A stretch of 64,000 bases of DNA from the human T2T-CHM13v2.0 reference genome, Homo sapiens: NCBI RefSeq assembly GCF_009914755.1, contig NC_060929.1. One strand, given 5' to 3'. Positions within the stretch are counted from its first letter, which is position 1. Each line of letters begins with the position of its first letter. The notes under the pieces are model-generated. The model had not been told where the DNA came from, did no database searches, and worked only from the letters and a program-made list of their open reading frames with translations. Of the stretch, positions 55,689 to 64,000 are shown in pieces. Both the position numbers and the translations under genes were made by a program.

Positions 55689-57864
55689 AATCCCACAGCA
55701 AACATTATATTCAATGGTAAAAGACTGAAAGCTTTTCCACAAAGATCAGGAATAAGGCAAGAATGCCCACTTTCACCACTTCTACTCAACATAGTACTAG
55801 AACCTATAGCCAGAGAAATTTTGCAAAAAAAAGGAACAAGGCATCTAAACTAGATAGTCTCTTTTCACAGATGATATGATGTTATATTTAGAAAACTTTA
55901 AAGATTTCAGAGAAACATTTTTAGAACTAATTAGAAAATTCAGGAAAGTTGCAGGATACAAAATCAACATGCAAAACTCAGTTACATTTCTATACACTAA
56001 CAATAAACAATTTAAAAGAAAATAAACTATTTCATTTACCATAACACCAAAAAGAACAAAATATTTAAAAAGTATCCAAGAAAGTGAAAGATTGGTATGA
56101 TAAAAATCACAAAACATTGCTAAAAGAAAATAAAGAAGACATAAATTAATGGAAACACATCCCATGTTCATGGATTGGAAGAGTTAATATTGTTACCATG
56201 TCAGTACTACCCAAAGCAATCTATAGATTTAATGCAATTCCTACTAAAATCCCAATGGTGGTTTGCAGAAATAGAAAAAAATTCTAAAATTCATATGGCA
56301 TCTTAATTGACCCTGAATAGCCAAAACAATGCTGTACAAAAAAAAACAACAACAACAAAAAAAGAGAGCGAACACAACCAAAGGACTCATACTTCCTTCT
56401 TAATTAGAATACTTACTACAAAGCTACGATAATCAAGAGTGGGATATTGACATAAGAATATATATATATATAGGCCAATCAAACAGAATAGAAAAACAGA
56501 AATAAAGCCTCTCATATAAGTCAAATGATTTTTGACAAGGGTACTAAGACCATTCAAGGGGAAAAAGAATGTCTTTTCTACAAATGGTGCAGAGAAAAGT
56601 GGATATTCACATGCAAAAGAATGAAGCTGTGTTCTTACCTAATACCATATACAAAAGTTAACTCAAAGTGGATTCATGACCTAAATATAAGACCTAAAAC
56701 TCTAAAGCTCTTAGAAGAAAACATAGGGCATATTCTTCACAACATTAGATTTTCAGTGATTTCTTAGAGATGACACTGAAGGCACAGGCAGCAAAAGAAA
56801 AAATAGACAAATTGAACTTAATAATTAAAAAATAATCTGTGCATCAGAAGACACTATCAACAGGGTAAAAAGGCAACATACAAAATGGGAGAAAATATTT
56901 GCAATTCATATATCTGATAAAGAATTGAAATCCAAAATATATAGAGAACACCTAAAACTCAACAGCAAAGAAAAACAGAGTTCAAAAATGGGCAAAGGAC
57001 TTGAGTAGATATTTCTCCAAAGAAGATACACGAATGGCCAATAAACAGATTAAAAACTACATAACATCATTAATCATTAAGGGAATGCAAACTAAAACTA
57101 CAATGAAATACCAGCTCATTCCCATTAACATTGCTACTATTTTTTAAATGCAGAAATTTAGTGCTGAGGGGGATGTAGAGAATTGAAACCCTTGTGCACT
57201 GTTGGTGGGAATGTAAAATGGTATACTGTGGAAAATAGTATGGCAGTTCCTCAAAAAAAAAAAAAATTAAAAACGGAATTACCATATAATCCAGCAAAGC
57301 CACTTCTGAGTATATACCCCAAAGTATTGAAAGCAGAGTCTTGAGGAGATAGTTGTACATCTGTGTTCATAACAGCATTATTCACAATAGCTAAAATTTG
57401 AAAGCATCCCAAGGGTCCACCGACAGACGAATGGATAAACTAAGTGTATTGTATACATACAATGGGATATTATTCCGCTTTCAAAAAGAAGAAAATTCTG
57501 ACATTTGCTACAACATGGATGAACCTTAAGGACATTATGCTAAGGAAAATAAGTCAGTCACAAAAAGACACTGTATGATTCCACTTATACGAGATACTTA
57601 GAATAGTCAAAATCATACAGATAGAAAGTAGAATGGTGGTTTGCAGGGTCTGTGGGAGAATGGATTGAGAAGCTCTTGTTTAATGGGTATAGAGTTTCAG
57701 TTTTGCAAGATGAAAAGTGTTCTGTACACAGATGATGCTGATGCTTGCACGTTCATGTGAATGTACTTAATGCTATTGAACAGCACACTTAAAAATGGTT
57801 GATGGTAAACTTTATATATATTTTACTACAATTTTAAAAATTTAAAAAAAAGGAAAGCACAAGT

Positions 57865-57980
57865 GTTGTATCTATTTTTATAAAAGAAACTAAGTCTTTA
57901 AGGAGGCAGAGGAATTACTTATATCATACGGTTCTAGCAGGACTGAAGCTCAAATTATAATTCCTAGATCTCTGACTTTC
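57865..57980 (-). mobile_element. MIR fragment
   Basis: tatctatttttataaaagaaactaagtc...agatctctgactt. Confidence 0.5.
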
Positions 57981-59329
57981 ACTTTAATCCAGACTGAATC
58001 TGCTAATGTAAACATACCCTAGTTACAAGCAAAAGGTGGGGATACAGTGGTACTCATTCTTTCTAACTCAATCCACACCTCTTCTTAGTTAAAACCTTGA
58101 GAACAAATGTAACAGTTCAAAAAAGGTTAATTTAATTTATATTCTGCCCAAGGTGCATACATTAATTTAATGACTGAAAAGTTTTTGTTGAGTAAAAGCA
58201 TGCAAAAATTCTTGAGCTAAGCTATTGAATGATGCCAGCAACAAAGTTCAGTGGATTCGTGGCAACTACCAGTTTATTTCCTGCCTTTTGAGTAGAATAC
58301 CACTCTTTTTAATTATGTGAGTCAAAATTCCAAATATATGCAATTTTTATCTGTTTCTTTTTTAATTGTGGTTTTCTATTTAAAGTCTAAACGGAGAATT
58401 CTTCCCAAGTTGGAATGTACTTCTTGGGAAACATTTACAGGAGGTGTCCAAGGTATCCGTCCTCAAATAAAATTCTTAAATAAATATTCTGATGCATTGC
58501 AGAGGAAGCTCATAAATGTCTCTTTTTGCAACATAAACAATATAATACCCCTATACAAGGTTGAGGATATATAAATGCAGTGTTTTAATGTTAGAAGTTA
58601 ATTTTTTGGGTGTTAATCAAAGATGTTAGGTCAAAAAATGATAAAGCTCAATAAAGAAAAATATATGCCTACATTTGACTATTTGTTCTTTATACCATCA
58701 TTTAAACTGCATTTTAAAGAGCCATTTCCTAGTTGAGATATATTGACTCAAAATCATTAAAATAATTGTCTTGGTTTTAATACGTCTTTTTTTTTTTGGA
58801 ACTAGATGTTGAGTATTTCATGTGGATTAGGGAGTCTACTAAATACTTTACATATATTATGTGTCATTTTCTTCTTACAACTGCCCAATAAGTTTGGTTT
58901 TAGATAAGAATATTGAAGATTTTAAAATGTGTCACTTAGAGCAAGTTAAGCAGATGGCAAGCTAAAGGACCAGAATTTATGCCTAAGCAGTTTGATCTTA
59001 CAACCCTCACCTTGAAGTACTATTTTGTACCAACCCCTGGACAGAAACCTTATCCACAAATAGAAAAGTAGGAGACATATCCTGGGAGGGTTTGTTCTGT
59101 CAATCCTTTTTTAAAAAGAGGGGAAGTCACCAGTTACCATATTTCACTCTTGACTCCTGAAGCACCGCAAAACCTGATATTTTCCTGGCCAGAATTTATT
59201 TCAGCATATATCTGTAATAAAATATACAAACTCAAATGCTAAAAGGAATGAAGAAGGGCAGGGAACGTGCATGAAGAGATGTTGCTGTGGAGATGAGTGG
59301 GGTGCACTTGTGTACTCTCCTGTTCTTTC

Positions 59330-59845
59330 AGGCATAGGCAATAACCACCTAATTAAAAATGGATGAAAAGAACTACTGGCTAGTATAATAGTAAGTTCAG
59401 TGGTAATGTGGGATTTTGAACTGACTGATTCTAATGTTTATTCCTCTGTCTCCCTGAAATTCCCCTGGCTCTGTCTTCCTTTGTGTAGGGTTTTATCTTC
59501 AAGACAGTAGTAGCAAGATGACTGCAGCAGTTCCAAGCCTCATGATCGTGACCAATAGTATCTAGGAGAAAGGGGAGGGACAGCTTGGGAAGCTTCTCAG
59601 AAGATATAGGAGGAAGGAACTTTTCTAGAAGCCCAAGAAAGTATCTCCTAACATCTCATCAGCCCATATTTGGTCATATGTTCTAGGAGGAACACATTTC
59701 TCCTAAAAGAGAAAATTCAGAAACTGAAGGGGTCACCTTTCATGGAGTCATAAAGGCTACTTGAAGTTGTATATCTGAACTGACATATTTCTGCCAGGAA
59801 AAGGAGAGGAAATAAAGGATGCTAGTCACTGGTGTCTTCTACACC
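59330..59845 (-). mobile_element. Old MaLR LTR (MLT1J/K-like)
   Basis: ggctctgtcttcctttgtgtagggttttatcttcaagacag..gcaagatgactgcagcagttccaagcctca. Confidence 0.55.
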
Positions 59846-59968
59846 CCTGCTTATCTCCAGCCAATTACCGTTTTCAGGGACTCTGGGGTGAGGTATTTGG
59901 GTTTCTTTATGAGGAAAGCTGAAAATTTTATGAGAATCACTTTTATGTTTAAAAATAACTGCACATGA

Positions 59969-60232
59969 TTAACGGTTACAAATAGTTTGATAGAATAAGT
60001 AAGACCTAGTGTTAGATAGATCAGGAGGGTAACTATAGTAAACAATAATCTATTGTACATTCCAAAATAGCTAGAAGAGAAGAATTTAAATGTTTCTAGC
60101 ATAAGGAAAAGACAAATATTTAAGGTAAGAATATCTCAAATACACTGATTTAGTCTCTACAAATTATATAACTGTATTAAATTATCACATGTATCCTCAA
60201 ACTCGGCATATCTATTACGTACCAATAAAAAA
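59969..60232 (+). mobile_element. L1MA5-like 3' end
   Basis: gatagatcaggagggtaactatagt..aaatagctagaagagaagaattt..aattatcacatgta..caataaaaaa; probable TSD aaataa(c/a)tgcaca around L1 plus Alu. Confidence 0.85.
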
Positions 60233-60236
60233 TGTG

Positions 60237-60530
<294 letters not shown>

Positions 60531-61059
60531 AAACTTGCTTAAAAAATAAAATAAATGCACAGCCAAAGAAAATGCATTTTCACTTATATACTTGATATAC
60601 TATCAAGTATAGCCCATAGGGTACAGTAGCATCTGCTCTAGGTTGTGGTCTAAAATTGGGTAAGACAAGGGATTATTGAGAACTAGAAAACTAGGAAGAG
60701 GCATAGCGTTCTGTGTTTCAGCCATCATATTGCCAAAGAAGAGATTCTAGGCAATGCCAGAAATGGAGCTGAGATCAATACTTGAGAAAAACAAGCAGAA
60801 AGACTAGAAGAAATTATGTCAACTGGAACAAACTGACAATATCACCAACAATGCTTTTTTCCCCAGGATAATTTTAAGTAGGCTGCTTTGGCCCCTTCTA
60901 AATGTATCACTCTGAACTTAACATACAACACATAAAAGTTTTGTAGAAACTGGAATCAATTCTTATGCCATTAATTGTTACGCCAAATCAGTTTAACAAT
61001 CCACTGTCCCAGTGACCTATAAGGTTGCCACTATTCTTACTATCTTCCTTCCATCTTTG

Positions 61060-61255
61060 ATTGAGCTCTCACTGTCTACCAGGCACTGTCCTATGTTTAA
61101 CCTATATTAACTTGTAAATCTTGTGAAAAGATTGTTTTGCTCATTTTACGGATGACAACAGACAAATTCGTAAAAGGGCAATGAGTTGCCTAAGGTCAGA
61201 GGCCCTAGGAAGTGACAGAGGCAGAATTTAGTTCCAAATCTGCTGGACTTCAACA
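61060..61255 (-). mobile_element. MIR
   Basis: ccaggcactgtccta...ctcattttacggatga...gttgcctaaggtcaga...aagtgacagaggcagaattt. Confidence 0.75.
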
Positions 61256-63420
61256 CATGGCTATTTTATTACAAAGTTATTTTGCCTTCACTATCCTTAT
61301 CCCCACTATCACCACCATGCAGGAAATAAGTATGATTCTATCACACTACTTGAGACAAACTAATGTTATCAGCATAAGCATGGGGTACACCTTCTGGAGA
61401 AAAAAAAAAAGTGTATCTGCTTTTAAATTTCTACAGCTAGATAACCTACATTGTTTTATTTCAACATAGACACATATACCATTCATGTATATCTGCCTTG
61501 TATCTTACCTGTCTTTTTCTTCCACACTTATCTTTGCCTTGATTATCTACTCTAGGGTTGATCTGTTCACTGAGTAGTTGAACAGACATTTATTGGGAAT
61601 CCAGCACTCCCTAGGACTCAGTTATACTTTTCCAGTCATTATTTATGTGTTTCCAATATCCCTGCTTCTTGCTTTCCAAATATCGTGGATGTCTTTCTGA
61701 TTCTTTCCTTCCTACCTTCAAGTGAGTTATAAATAAGATTTTTTTTTTAAGTGTCAAGAGTTTTCAACATTCTTTTAGTTCCAGGAAATTTGGGACTAAT
61801 GGTGAATGTAGATAAAATGTCTGGACTTTTTTTTTGTTTGGTTTTGTATTGATTCTCATTTAGTATTTTGTTAATATTTTAGTTACAGAGTGTGAAACAG
61901 TTTGCCTTCTTTTTTACTTGCTGTGTGTTGTATGTTCTTTCAGGGAAGAATCCCATTCTACTTAGTCCTCCTTGAAATTAGAGCCTGGCTCCCTCAACCT
62001 TAACACTTGCCAGCACTCAGCACAGTGTCTTGCTCTTTGTAGATTCTGAGCATACATTTGTAGGATGGTTGGGTTTGTTGTATTTCAAAATGTGTCTGTT
62101 GATTATTAAAAATTAAAACTATGAGCTGTGTGATACCATTCTTAACCACACGTTGTTTTTTGAAATCTGTTCCAAAACATACAAATTCTCTTTTTCTTCT
62201 TATTTTTTTTTGGGGGGTGGGGGGTGAGTGGGTGAAATAGTACAACAGAAACTATGAGTTATTTTTGATGTGGAAAGGAAAGCCTCACCCTGTAAGGAAG
62301 CCATGTAGAGAATCTGTAATGAGAATAAAAGCAACCACCTCATCCTGGGCTCTAAGCTTCATGGCCCTTGAAGACTTAGGATTCCTTCACAATCAAGTGC
62401 AAACAAGTCTGTGTCTTTTAAAAATAAAGCTCATTTTTTTTTTATGGGAGACAGTTTATAGTTTATCAAAAAGCTGGATTAAGGTGCTTAATAAATCATG
62501 CTGCATAGAATGCAGGGACAAGAAAGCACGGTTGTCTAAAATAAAATATGTTAGGGATACAAGAAAAACACAGATGCTTAGTGTGATTCACAGAGTCTTT
62601 ATGAAATAATCAGATAATATTTATTAATCATCTACCTAGCTAAAGTAGTGAAGAAATAAAAAGACACAGTGAATGTACACAGTCTGGCTGCTAGAGAATT
62701 TCGTGCAAATCTTAGCATTTGAGCAAATTTTTTTTATGATTTAGAAGAAATGAATTAACACTCCCCATTACAAAAGCTAATTTATTTGTCTTAAGGCAAA
62801 GGATATTTTTATAGCAGAAATATTATAAAATCAGCAGAGATGAATCCCAGCTTGTGGCCTCTTCGGCAGATGGTCAGTGTCTCACCTCACATCACTTTGG
62901 TTGCACCATTTCCTGCACCATCTTGATTGGACTTCCAGTTCTCAAAAGTATTTCAGAGGCTGAAGTTCTGTTAGTGAGGTGACAAGGGAATTCTTACTCC
63001 TGACCTGATGACTCTACATGATTTATTGATTAGGTCAGACACAGAATTTCTACAGAACTGGAAAGTTGTCATTCAAATGACCCCTTGCTCTTACTTGGTC
63101 TAAGTGAATCCAAGCATGTTTTACAATTTCTCTTCCAATCATAAGCAGGGATATGATGATGAAAAAATCAGCAGCTAGGTGGACTTCAGTTAGCAAGGAA
63201 AGAAAAGCATGGTAGTGACTGCTTCATTTAGAACCCTATTGGTGTCACGAAAGGTCAGGAGGGGCAAGGAGTTAAGGTTACCAGGGAATAGGGGAAGTTA
63301 GGGTAATATATTTCTGCTTTGTGTTTTGCTGAAAGAATATCTCATCAATTTATTTTTGGACTGAGAAACAGAGTCACTTCTTTGATTTGGGAGGTATTTG
63401 CAGTGTTATCTATTGGGCAG

Positions 63421-63470
63421 TGTGTGTGTGTGTGTCTGTGTGTGTGTGGGTGTATATATATACATGCATG
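63421..63470. repeat. (TG)n/(TA)n microsatellite
   Basis: Read directly from the sequence. Confidence 0.9.
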
Positions 63471-63539
63471 TGCTGAGCATTTTAAAGTAGGTCTTGTGGA
63501 TTACTCCTGGGGGCAAGCATGGGATGGCAGAATTTGTTT

Positions 63540-63715
63540 TGGCTTTGGAATTAAACAGAGCAGACCCAGCTTATCCTATTAGCTCTGCAATTTTTGACAA
63601 TTTACCACTAATTAGTTTTCCAAGTGTGTAAAATGGGAATAATAAAATCTATGTCTCGGTATTGTTACCAGTGGCCACAATACCCAGCACAGAAAGAGAA
63701 GTGCAGTAAACAGTT
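63540..63715 (+). mobile_element. MIR
   Basis: ggctttggaatt...agttttccaagtgtgtaaaatgggaataataaaatcta. Confidence 0.7.
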
Positions 63716-64000
63716 GTTCCCTTTCCTCCCTTCCAAAAGCTTCTACTCATGCAGTGCCTCACTTAGAGTTCTGCACTTCTCTGACTCTGTGGAGGTGTGA
63801 GTTGTGTCTATGGGTTTAGCTCTCTGCAGACTTTAGGATACAGCCTGTTTCTAGACAGATAGAAGGAGCCAGGGACAAGAATTTATTAGCTTACCACCAA
63901 TTCAGCAGTACTACTGAGTCAACTCAGACTTTCTAACCAAAAAGTAGGTTTTGTCTTCTTTCTTGTGACCAAGACACTGCCTTGTACCTTTCTAGTTATC

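Larger units (their letters stand above)
50545..57850 (+). mobile_element. Near full-length decayed L1MB3-like LINE-1 (5' UTR, ORF1, ORF2, 3' UTR) with three insertions
   Basis: Endonuclease remnant IIGDFNTLLS (ORF 53478); RT remnant [21 protein letters not shown] and ttcacagatgatatg; later ORF2 remnant IFDKGTKTIQ; 3' UTR tttaatgggtatagagtttcagttttgcaagatgaaaag..cacttaaaaatggtt. Confidence 0.9.

Noticed and set aside
60587-60611. Hairpin tatacttgata-tac-tatcaagtata
   Set aside because: AT-rich 11-bp stem, too short for a pre-miRNA and plausible by chance or as a repeat remnant

Overview
AT-rich primate (human-like; AluY and LTR12/ERV9 present) intronic or intergenic DNA. I find no supportable protein-coding gene: every ORF with a recognisable translation comes from Alu, L1, L2 or Tigger1. 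Roughly half the window is interspersed repeat: about 19 Alu copies, monomers or fragments; an essentially full-length Tigger1 (5468-8089); a long antisense old L1 (about 13740-18740); a near full-length old L1MB3-like element (about 50545-57850) carrying a solo LTR12 and a tailless Alu; several MaLR solo LTRs; hAT fossils (MER5A, MER53, MER58A, MER63); L2; MIR; and microsatellites. Between the repeats lie repeat-poor unique blocks with clustered GATA/MEIS/HOX/E-box motifs that look like conserved enhancers, plus one well-formed candidate non-coding or poison exon (34940-34979/34985, + strand). Family and subfamily calls come from recalled consensus sequences, not from a search, and boundaries of old elements are approximate. 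I cannot name the host locus and see no evidence of a new multi-gene system. The best leads are unusual insertion mechanisms, the candidate exon and the candidate regulatory elements.
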